Of a stretch of DNA of 64,000 nucleotides, positions 49,801-64,000 are shown in pieces (the first letter of the stretch is position 1; the number at the start of each line of letters is the position of its first letter). The position numbers and the translations under genes are program-made. The notes below the pieces were generated by a model, which did not search any database, was not told the origin of the DNA, and saw only the letters and a program-made list of their open reading frames with translations. This DNA is from Guillardia theta CCMP2712 (taxonomy: Eukaryota > Protista > Cryptophyta), in assembly GCF_000315625.1 (NCBI RefSeq), contig NW_005434662.1, positions 216,307 through 280,306 of the forward strand, given 5' to 3'.

Positions 49801-50037
49801 TTGGACTTGTCTCTGTCTCCCTCCCTCCCTCCCTCCCTCCCTCCCTCCCTCGCTTCTCCCTCCTTCACTCCTTCCCTCCTTCACTCCTTCCCTCCTTCCC
49901 TCTCTCCCTGCCCTCGTTGCCGTGTTTCCTCTCCTCCTGCTCTTTTTCTGCACTTGCTGTATGCTGACTCCACGAGTAGAGCAAGAGGTCATTGACCTGA
50001 CCAACTGGAAGGCCTGCGAGGAGGTGACCCACTCGTG

Positions 50038-50108
<71 letters not shown>

Positions 50109-50115
50109 ACTGTTA

Positions 50116-50150
<35 letters not shown>

Positions 50151-50286
50151 ACCGCTACCGCTACCGCTACCGCTGCTGCTGCAGCTGCTCGTCGTTCTTC
50201 CCCCCTCACACCTATTGTGACAGTGCGGCGAGCCGGTGGAGATCGACTGGGACGTCTGCCCCCAGTGCAACGCTGCTGTGCGCTAG
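40868..50286 (+). CDS. Four-domain (4x6TM) voltage-gated Na+/Ca2+ channel superfamily protein, atypical pore; C-terminal zinc ribbon
   Basis: Repeated S2-S3 motifs (FLRTGWCYLDLLVV; GYFKDGWCRLDFLLV; GYFRNPSTCFDFLIT). S4s ILKGFRALRLARLI and GSLRQFRLIRI. S6s YYLLNLTIAIMN, FLRIFVCIITNNY, ILPSFVASVINSY. End: WKACEE|CGEPVEIDWDVCPQCNAAVR*. The gene spans an N-gap. Confidence 0.9.
43678..43725 (+). repeat. (GATGGT)n intronic microsatellite
   Basis: Direct read. Confidence 0.95.
43992..44063 (+). repeat. (CCCCTG)n intronic microsatellite
   Basis: Direct read. Confidence 0.95.
48851..48925 (+). repeat. 15-mer (cctgtccctgctgct)n intronic minisatellite, ~5 copies
   Basis: Direct read. Translates antisense as GTGAA repeats. 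Confidence 0.85.
49287..49386. other. Assembly gap (100 N) in a channel-gene intron
   Basis: N run. Confidence 1.
50037..50190 (+). repeat. (CTCCTG)n/(CTACCG)n intronic microsatellite
   Basis: Direct read. Confidence 0.95.
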
Positions 50287-50701
50287 AAGGAAAGGGAGAA
50301 AGGGAGATGGGGAGGGGAAGGGAAGGAAAACAATATGGGATGTAGAACTTGATCTTGAGTGGTTCTAAAGCTCCGAGTGACTGCTGTCAAGTACCGTAAA
50401 CAAGTAGTCCTCCATCCTCATTGAATCATCCGAGTCCGCTCATGGCAGTCTCGCCCCCGACCGTGGCAGTGCCCAGGCTGGGCCCGGGCGCCCCGGCGGC
50501 TTGAACGTCACGAGTCACCGGGCTGGCCGCGGCTCCCACGCGGCGGCGGCTCGCCCCCCCTGTGCCGGTCAAGGTCACTTGCACTGCCCGCCGGGGTAAC
50601 TTAAACCGTGGTACCTCCGACGTCCGATCATACTATACTTCATGCGGGCCGGCAGCAGCCGGTTGAAGTTTCAACTTGACTTGCTGGCGGGCCCGACTTG
50701 A

Positions 50702-50947
50702 ATCAGTGCGAGGACAATCCGATGATCAGTGCGAGGACAAACCGTTGAACGGGAGTCCGTCCGATCAGCCTGAGAGCAATCGGATCAATAATAAAGAAAA
50801 CTCACCAAGTTTCAATGTTAAGGCTTCAATGTTACGGTTAAGTTACAAAAATCAGTTCAGTACGAGGAACTTCAGGAAAATGGCATGATAATCATAGTAA
50901 GTAGTACTTTACTCAAAGTTAAGTTAAAAATCAGTACGAGGACAATC
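50702..50947 (+). repeat. Short direct repeat atcagt(g/a)cgaggacaa, ~4 copies
   Basis: Copies at 50702-50717, 50725-50740, ~50851-50870 (degenerate) and 50930-50945. Confidence 0.75.
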
Positions 50948-51110
50948 AGGAGAGTCCGACGAGGAGGCTTCAGTGACCCTCAGGGCCTGACACTCCGACC
51001 GTCCGATCTGTCAACTGAGTTGGCACAGGCCAAACGGCGAGAAGACTCAGCAAAGCCGCTCCGACAGCGAGAACCAAACTTGAAACCCGCCGGCAATCCT
51101 GCTGACGGTT
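50900..51110 (+). repeat. Dispersed intergenic element, copy B
   Basis: tttactcaaagttaagttaaaaa at 50908-50930. gcacaggccaaacggcgagaa at 51023-51043 and gacagcgagaaccaaac at 51063-51079. Confidence 0.8.
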
Positions 51111-51319
51111 GAACTCACAGTGCATCGGGCGATAACATCCGAGACTCGATGGTCACGGATGAAGTCCGGGCCGGGCCGCCGGTCCGACTCCGGGGAACTC
51201 GGAAGCACCTCAGTGTTACCGTACTCGCCGGGTCGCCGGAGCCTCGGAGACTCGCAACTTGCCAAGTCCCGGGACCATAGCTGTGACAGTGACTAGTCCG
51301 GAGATAATCGCATCCGAGT

Positions 51320-52030
51320 TGAAACAGGGGGTGGGGGGTGAGGATCAAATTAGGTATGACCCCGCATATGACCGAAAGTGTAGGGGTACATGTAGGGTAG
51401 GGTTCTGAAGAAAGGGGTGGGAGCGGATGAGTACGTGGTGGGAAAGGCAGAGATGGGGCCGCAAGGTCATGTCCCATGGGGAAGATGCTACCAGGGAAGA
51501 AATATTTTTAGAGCGAGCTATAAAAACATATTGCCACGAAAAGACACCAAAATTACATCGGTTGGATGCAGAGCACAACATGAAAACACATGATTTCGAA
51601 GAATGCCTTGGGAGGGGTCGCAGACATGCATCCCCTCGATCTTGTAAAGAACACTCGAGGGTGGGGTCGTTTTTCTGTGTGGGTGGTTAACAAGCAAGAG
51701 TGTATCCATGACGGTGGGGTGCATGCACTTCAGGGTATATCAAGGGTACTCAATTATAGTTTGCAGGGGTACTTGTTGCAAGGACGTGCTACGTAGATTC
51801 AATGGGAGGGTGGGGTTCTAATTGTGACAGGGGTACCCTTTTACACCCAGTCAGGGGGTGACGAGCCGATACTCACTTGATGACCCCCACCCCTTGCAAA
51901 ATCCCTTTGTACCCCAAGGTATTCCTTCCCGAACCCCTGGTTTTCCTTGTATGTCACTACCCCACCCCCATTTAAAACTGACCCGCCCCCCAAAAAAGAC
52001 AAGGAGAGAAGGCTTTAACTTGGAACCCTC
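51320..52030. promoter_or_regulatory. GGGGT-rich/ACCCC-rich tract upstream of the RWP-RK gene
   Basis: G-run words at 51320-51835 switch to C-run words after the palindrome gggtaccc (51831-51838). Confidence 0.5.
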
Positions 52031-52284
52031 AACTCCGTTCAAGACATCTTCCAGACACGAGATTGCCACAGTCGACGACAGAACAGCAAGGTATCAACAT
52101 AAGAACACAACAACACAAGAATACAACAATATCTCAACAACACAAGGAGACGAGAAGTCGAGGAGATAAGAGGACAGGGAAATAATACAAGGATATCACA
52201 CGCGAAACCATACGAAGTCACGACAAGTTGATGATTCCCAGGAGTTTTGACTCAGTGCTTCGAGGAGAGGCACAGGCTAGAAGC

Positions 52285-53150
52285 ATGTCAGCAGAGGCGT
52301 CATCTTGGACATCCAACAACTCAACAAAGGCCAAGATCCGAATCTTTCCACGCACGAAGAAGGGCGATCTGAAGAAGCTACACAAGACGAGGGGTAGGGC
52401 TCCCCTTACCTTCGACATCGATTACATCACCTCGCTCTTCGATGTCCCTCAAGAGAAAGCTGCAAAGACCCTGGTAAGTCTCGTCGCTTGCTCCGTCCTG
52501 CGTTTTCTTACGCTCCTCTTCAGGGCATCTCTCTAGCAGCCATTAAGCGAGCATGCAGACAATTGGGCATCGAGCGATGGCCTTACAAGCGCCCTAGGAA
52601 GAGCGGGAGCGCAAGCCCCAGCAATGAGTCAGACAATTCGGAGGCTGCAGACGTCAGGCTAGACCGAGATGCACCTCACGTCGCATCTTCATCTTCCTCC
52701 TCCTCCTCCTCCCCCTCCCTCGAAGGAAGGAAGCCCCTGGAGACCGTCATGCCTTCGTTCCAGTTGGTCCAGAGCTCTCCCAAGAACGTCGAGGACTGCA
52801 AGTTGCCTTCCTTCCTACAGGCACAGCTGGCGGAGAACAAGCAGAGCTCCCTGCTAGCTAACGGAAACTTCCGTCAGCTCGCCAGGCCAGCGCTCCTTCC
52901 GTCCATCCGCTCGGACTCTGTGCTGAACGCGCACCTGTCCTCGTCGCAGACTTTCAATGACGCGCTCTACTCTAAGACTTCGGAGCTGATTCAGTCGCTG
53001 CTGCAGCTGCAGACCCTCAACAACTCTCCCTTCCCCTCCCCTCCCCGGTCAGGACTGGACAGCGGTCGCTTCCAGGGTCAGCCAGTTGTGCTCGGGGGAA
53101 TGGCCCCGGGATCAGCCTCGCCAGCCAGTTTCTTCCTCCCCCGGGCATGA
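52285..53150 (+). CDS. RWP-RK transcription factor (one intron ~52473-52523)
   Basis: ITSLFDVPQEKAAKTL|GISLAAIKRACRQLGIERWPYKR is the RWP-RK domain, preceded by IRIFPRTKKG. S/P/Q-rich tail. Confidence 0.92.
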
Positions 53151-53230
53151 GCGCAGGCGGCTTCGCCCCCCCCCCTGTACATCATCACCGAGCTGTAAAT
53201 TCTGTTCTATTGCTAAATAAACAAGTGTGA

Positions 53231-58324
<5,094 letters not shown>

Positions 58325-58929
58325 CTAGTCTGCTCCTTGCTCAACCATGTGACAGAATGTACCAAATCCTGATCTCCTGAAAGTTGTCGTTCGATCCTTC
58401 CCCTCCCCTCCCTTTCCCCATCCTCCGCATCCTCAATGCACCACTGCCATGCCGGCCCCCGACTCCTATTACTTTACTTAACCCGCCTCAGAGTGATGAT
58501 ATATATTTTGTAAAGACAGCAGGTGATTTATTGAAACCACTCAGCGACTATTGGGGGCAGAGAATCACGAACGAAGTCCTTGAGACTCAGTCTACTCCAC
58601 TGAAGGTGCTATGTGATGAAGTATCACTGACCGTCAATGCCGGGCCCGGCGGCCGCCGCGGGCCCAGTACCGTCCGGTACAGGACTCCGGGATCCGATCG
58701 GACCAAGCAACTTCGGCGGAAAACTTGCCAGTTCAGCCTGCCGCGGCGAAAGTCAATCGACGTTTCCGTGGCAGCTCCCTGGCACAACTCGGCGGCCCGT
58801 TATTCCTCCTCTTCTGAACTCCGAGCTCGACCCGGCGAGCCTGACTTCTTTGGCGTGTCGAAGAGCAAGCGCGGGATCCCATGTTTTCCTCTTTGCTGTC
58901 GGGGATGACTCTCAGGGCCGGTAACTCAC

Positions 58930-60857
58930 GCTTGAGTGTCAACACACCTTAGGGTCCAACCTGGAGCTTCCGCTGATCTTCTCCTCTGGCAGGTTCAGAG
59001 TCATCCGCAGTGACCTCCGCCAACAGCAGAGACCCAAACTCAAGCTCGTGGCGATCCTGCAGCGTTTTGGCGAGAGCTCGACGCCGACTGCGGGCTCGTC
59101 AACCGCACAGCCCGTAAGAGACGGTCACACCGGCATCCATCCCCAGAGCATTTGCAACAGCAAGGGTCGTGCCCTACCACAGACTCACATCCATGAAAGA
59201 GCAGGAGAAGGAAGCTCAAGAAAAGGAGGATGGAGGGAAGAAGCGGGCCGGCAGAGGAGCTAGAGGAAGGGTATAGGAGGAGAAAGAGGAGGACAATAAA
59301 TCACCCGTCCACAGAACGGATCGATCACGGTGGAAACATTCCCAAGGTTGCGCAAGAACGCAAGGCAGAGCACACAGGCATCCAACCCGATGGCCCTTGG
59401 CCAGATCATTTCGCCACGGTAGAAGACGTCTGCCAAGGCAGGCTCAGAAACCTACTGACGCCGGACCGAGACCTGGCGCAGGAAAGCGATCTCTCTTGTA
59501 CGTCGCTCCGTTGCTGAAGCAGACGATATGCGACAAGGTTGGTCTTCCTAGTGCACACGGAAGATGAGAAGGAGCGAGAGGAGGAGGGGACGGGGGCTGA
59601 CCGACAGATCTCGTCCCCGGAGAGCAGGTCAGCGCATACTTGTGCCACAGCTGCTTGCAGCTCGTCCTGCAGCGACCGTCACATCTCTGCTTCCTTGCAA
59701 CCTCCTCCCTTTGCTAGTTCAGATGCAGGGAACCTCTTGGATGCCTCGTAGCACAGCGCAGCCTTGTCTATCCAATCTTCCACCTGCCCCTCCTTTGTGC
59801 ACACCCTGACGTCCGACTGATAAAAGATTGCAAACTGGCCTGCTGGGATTCTGGTGAAGCCGTGGAAGGGTCACAGGGAAGTTCAGGACGAGGGAAAGGC
59901 AGCAACCTGTTCAGAATCATCGCTGCTGTGTCAACAAACCATCCCTTGTATCTCTCCAGTTTCTCCCCTTCGCTGGAAGACATGCTCACAATCGCATGCG
60001 CTCGTGCTCGCGACTGCAGCACACACCTCACTTGCGGAAACTGTAGCTCACTGATGTCTGGCAACGACGTCAGGACCGACCCAACAAACATGCCGCCTGC
60101 CACGATCGAGCATGTCAGCGAAGAAAGTCAGATCATCAGCAAGGCAGATAGATCTCAGAAGACGATAATATGTTGCAAACAAACATGTTGCAAACCTTTC
60201 AATCCTTCATTCTCCGACTGCATCATCCACTCCAGAGCATCCATACAGACCACCGTGCGTTTGCTGCTACCTTCCGCCACGTCCCATCCCTTTTCCGTGG
60301 TGCTTCCGCTCTGTCGTGAGAGCTTACACAACACTACTGAAATCAAAATATTCGCAACCTGCAGGCTCCTTGAAGAAGATCGTCATCAAAAGGTTGCTGA
60401 TGAGAGCAATCTGCAATCTACCTGGAAGACAGCGGAGTCTTGGTCCTTGAGCACCTCAGCAATCCCATTGTTGGCGGAGCATACCGGTTCGTACACATGA
60501 TCGCACAGGTTTTGAGCATGGAGAAAGCCATGCAGGTGGCCATGGCAAGATTCTCACAAGGCTGCCGTCATCATCTCCTGCGTCAAGAACTTGATCACGA
60601 AGTCGAAGAGCTGTCGCTTTCTCCCTTCGCTCGGCTCCAAGCAAAGGCATGCTCCCCCACCAAATCTCCTGAGCAGGGCCTTCATCTCGGTACAATACAT
60701 CTCTCTCCCCTCCCTCCCCCCCTCCCTCCATCCCTATCTTCTTCCCCCCTCCCTCTTCAGCTAACGTTTGCTCTCCTCGTCTCCTCCACTTCTTGTCCGA
60801 TGAGTCCCCTCAAGCTCTTCCGTGCGGTAGCGATCAGGCAACCCGCCTCAGCCACCA
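58930..60857 (-). CDS. Hypothetical protein, multi-exon (boundaries approximate)
   Basis: Chain of minus-strand coding-like exons with GT/AG ends (MVAEAGCLIATARKSLRG..., VANILISVVLCKL..., AGGMFVGSVLTSLPDISELQFPQ, EKLERYKGWFVDTAAMILNRLLP). No family recognised. Confidence 0.45.
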
Positions 60858-61097
60858 TGCCCTCGGATGAAATCCGACCGGACGAGCATCGCCGACTTCC
60901 GGATCATTCATGTTCCAGAGCGGCAGAAGAGTAAGGAAACAGAAACATTGAATAGAGAAACAGAAACAAAATCACACAGGTTTCTTTCCGAACAATACAA
61001 ACTACTAGCATAAAGGTCGGTCAATCGCCGCGGTGGCATGGCATCAGAGTCACGTGACAAGTGTAGCTTCCGGATCAGCAAGTAAACAACAAGGTCG

Positions 61098-61961
61098 TCA
61101 ATTGGGCGGCATGCTTCCAAGCAGGGGCATGTGCCCCGGCATTCTCATCTCGAAGGATCTCTGGACCTCCTTTCTAAAACTCATCAGCACCTGCAGATCC
61201 TTTTTCATCATCTGCATCTCGTTCTTGATCGTGGTAAGATCCTGGCTGATTCTTCGGAATTCCTTCTCAACGTTTGATCCTCCTATCTTCATCATGGGGC
61301 TGTTTTCATTCAACTGCTCAATAGCTCTGACGGGAGACTGATTGAAGCATTGCACGCACTGCTTCTTCTTCATGCGAGACAGCCATTCCCTTGAGTAATT
61401 GAATTTGGGACCTTCATGGACCCCCAAGCGATTTCCAATTCTCCTCGCCTCCTCCAGGATAACACCGTCCGTGAGGGTAATGTCTTGCGCTTGCCGCTCT
61501 CTCACCCATTCACCAACCTCTTTTTCCAATGCCTCAAACAAGCCGTCGCGCTGTTTCTTCTTGTCCAGATTGTAAGCCGAGATCTCGTCCTCGGCCTTTC
61601 GCAGCCATGTTTCACTCAGCTTCAGCACCTTAGATAAGCAAGCATCCGAAGGAGTCTTGTCCAGCTTGAATTGCACCTTACACCATGCCGCCAGCTCTAC
61701 CAGCGTCATCTTGGGATTGTTACCTTTGTGCCTGCATATCTCTGCCTTCTGTCGGAGTGACAGCTGCATGCGCGGGCCATGATCCTTGGGACCAGAAGAT
61801 TTGTGTGAAGCTCCACCCCTTGGTTTTCGCGTCTCTTGCACAGAAGAGTCAACAAGCACTCCGGAGACCGGCATCGTGTCTTCATTGCCCCCGTCCATGG
61901 AGCTGGACGCTGGGATGAGCACTTGAAAGTCTTTCAGTTGATTGCTTCCAGGGTTCGACAT
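61098..61961 (-). CDS. CENP-B/pogo-type tandem HTH DNA-binding protein lacking a DDE domain, with C-terminal coiled coil
   Basis: RMQLSLRQKAEIC...MTLVELAAWCKVQFKL..TPS...LSKVLK (CENP-B N HTH) plus RDGLFEALEKEVGEWV...ITLTDGVILEEARRI...FNYSREWLSRMKKK (HTH_Tnp_Tc5). Single exon, 287 aa. Confidence 0.85.
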   Translation of the reverse strand: MSNPGSNQLKDFQVLIPASSSMDGGNEDTMPVSGVLVDSSVQETRKPRGGASHKSSGPKDHGPRMQLSLRQKAEICRHKGNNPKMTLVELAAWCKVQFKLDKTPSDACLSKVLKLSETWLRKAEDEISAYNLDKKKQRDGLFEALEKEVGEWVRERQAQDITLTDGVILEEARRIGNRLGVHEGPKFNYSREWLSRMKKKQCVQCFNQSPVRAIEQLNENSPMMKIGGSNVEKEFRRISQDLTTIKNEMQMMKKDLQVLMSFRKEVQRSFEMRMPGHMPLLGSMPPN

Positions 61962-63099
61962 ATTTACCAGAGGAGCGATATGGCACGACCAAGGAAATTT
62001 GAATGATCACAGGAAAGCTGGAATATGATAGATACCGTGAAGGCAGAAACGTTCTCCAGGGCAAGGGACCCAGATGATGAGGGGATGAGAGAGCGAGAAA
62101 TGGAAGGAGGGAGGGGACCGAGTTTGAGAGGAAGAGAGACAGAGAGGGAGGGAGGAAGCGATCACGAGATCTGCTACAAGTTGACTTCACTTCGCAAACG
62201 CTGCATGCAGTTGGCTCTCCTTGCGGTTCATACCTCCATGGCAGGGGCTGAAGTCAATCCTCGGCCAGGTTTCAGGGGCCAACTCAATCGAGGGAACAAT
62301 CATTTCATTTATATTTCAAATTAAAAACAATAATATTGAAACACTGATGAAATTTGTCCTTTTCCGTTATAGTCAATTTCGTGGGGACATTCGATCACCC
62401 CTGCTAATTGTACTCAAATCAGGTCAAATTAGGGGGTTGGGGTGGTCGCCTCAGTTTGAGCCCTTTCATTGACTATAAGGATTTTAAATTGACTATAAGA
62501 CCAAGACAGCCCCGGCCGGGCCTGGGCGAGTACTTCGGAAGGGCCAGGATTCACGTACTGAGGCCTGAACTATAAACTCAAAATCAAATTTTACTTTCAT
62601 TTTTCAAACAATGATATTGAATTTTCACGACAGAAACCGAAAAGGATATCCGCATACGGGGGGTTGGGGGGGTGAATGGCGGGAAATTCCGTCGCACATG
62701 GCGAACGAGGGGCACGATAAGAACGAGTACATGGCACATGGGGAGGAACATAAACCAATGAGGGCAGCAGAACTCTTGTGTGCTGTTGTGTTGAGCAGGA
62801 GATGAAGATTCTGTGATGATGATGAAGAGGAGCTGAATGGGAAGAACCAGGATAAGGGGATTGTTGACCTAGGACGAGGAAGTAGTTGAGAACAAGGAGG
62901 TTCTGTTTTGTGGCAGAGAGCAAACGAGGAGGGGATTTGACTGTCACGATAGGAAAGGAGTCGCCTTCTCCACTTACATCGCACACTGCCGAATCATGGG
63001 GCGGAGGATAGGTAAAATGGCAACAACCCGCTAGTACACGTGGGCCGGTCGACGACAGATGGACTCTGGCCTGCAGACTGTGTTTGTGATAGATTCCGA

Positions 63100-64000
63100 T
63101 TGCTTTCAAGAGAGAACTTTGAGCGAGAAGTAAGGGCAGACTTCGCTGCTGTTTCCTCTGTTATGCATCTGGATTGATTGCGTGACCTTGTTAGGTCTAT
63201 TGTGCTCTCCCTCCTTCGGATCCTGCGATATTACAGAACCCATGGAAATCACGTTAGGTGAGAGCTCTGATTCTTCCTTTATGTTACAATCTCAATCGAG
63301 ACATGCTGCGTTTCTCCCGGTCAAGGATCGTCTTCGTTCATGACCAGGTTTCTGTCAGGTGGGGCTACTCCTTGTTCTCGTCGACAAGACACTGTTCGCC
63401 AAGCGAGTTCCTTCCCGGGCGGAAGCCGCAGAAGCTTAACCTTGACTCGACTGAAGTCGCGAGCGTAAAAGCACAGATCGAGGATGCGCTCAAGTCTGTC
63501 AAGAGATGCTATGAGGACACATCAGTGGCTCTCAACACGTCGGCCCACTCGAGCGACAGTTTGCGGGAGGTTTTCACTACGTTGAAGGTAGTCCTCGGCG
63601 ATTTCGAGTGGAGCTCGTCTGTGGAGAACAAGAATGACAGGTATCGCGTTATTGCAGTCGGCAGAGTATCACTGTTTTGCGCAGGAGGTACAAGTTTTCC
63701 AACAAACAAGAAGCTGTGCTATCGCAACAACCGATCCGCTCCAAGGCGAATAAGCTGCACAACGTGTTCTTGTTCACGACACGCCGATTCTCTCATTCGG
63801 AATCGGAGATGGAAAGTCTGCTGAATGACCTGAACTCTTCTGCCGTCAGGAAAGCATACAGGTCCAAGAACATTGCGTTGCATTGGGTAGATACGTGTTA
63901 CGGTCGTGAGGCTGAATCTCGGAAATGCGATGCTATCTGCAGTTTCTTGCGCTATACAGGTGGGGCAACATACCATATTGGCCAACTCTTGCAATCTTCG
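63100..64000. CDS. Probable partial gene at window edge (likely minus strand, e.g. RAPLEIAEDYLQRSENLPQTVAR)
   Basis: Coding-like composition with short GT-AG-bounded frames. Strand and product are not resolved. Confidence 0.25.

Noticed and set aside
49865-50368. Poly-Leu, poly-(CS), (SR)n, (AG)n, (EQ)n, poly-His ORFs here and at 40179-40499, 43499-44288, 54519-55845, 56110-56531
   Set aside because: They are translations of intronic or intergenic microsatellites.
50702-50947. Spaced direct repeats as a possible CRISPR array
   Set aside because: The repeats are 16 nt with irregular spacing, there are no cas genes, and the context is eukaryotic.
61000-62600. Intact pogo transposon around the CENP-B-like ORF
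   Set aside because: There is no DDE domain and no terminal inverted repeats were seen.

Overview
Gene-dense eukaryotic nuclear DNA with many GT-AG (and a few GC-AG) introns. Introns are mostly ~45-70 nt, and longer C/T-microsatellite-filled introns occur inside the large genes. Bipartite signal+Phe-transit plastid presequences, an RWP-RK gene and the intron style suggest a secondary red-plastid alga, most likely a cryptophyte (inference). About 17 genes can be read by hand-splicing: RING protein, a 67-aa microprotein, SR splicing factor, WW protein, FAM173-like methyltransferase, C2+RCC1 protein, tandem translin/TRAX protein, amino-acid transporter, MATH+signal peptidase I, a PDZ-C2-ankyrin-EF-hand-XK-like membrane protein, a four-domain voltage-gated-type channel, RWP-RK factor, phytoene desaturase, a CENP-B-type HTH protein and several hypotheticals. 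Best candidates for novelty: (1) a 4x6TM channel whose four filter positions appear to have no acidic residue; (2) next to it, an XK-scramblase-like domain fused to PDZ/C2/ANK/EF-hands; (3) a single-chain translin(inactive)-TRAX(active) fusion; (4) a MATH-S26 thylakoid peptidase fusion; (5) intergenic GC-rich islands sharing a dispersed element whose copies diverged mainly by short insertions, flanked by GGGGTA tracts with palindromic switch points. All gene models are manual and their coordinates are approximate. There are two 100-N gaps.
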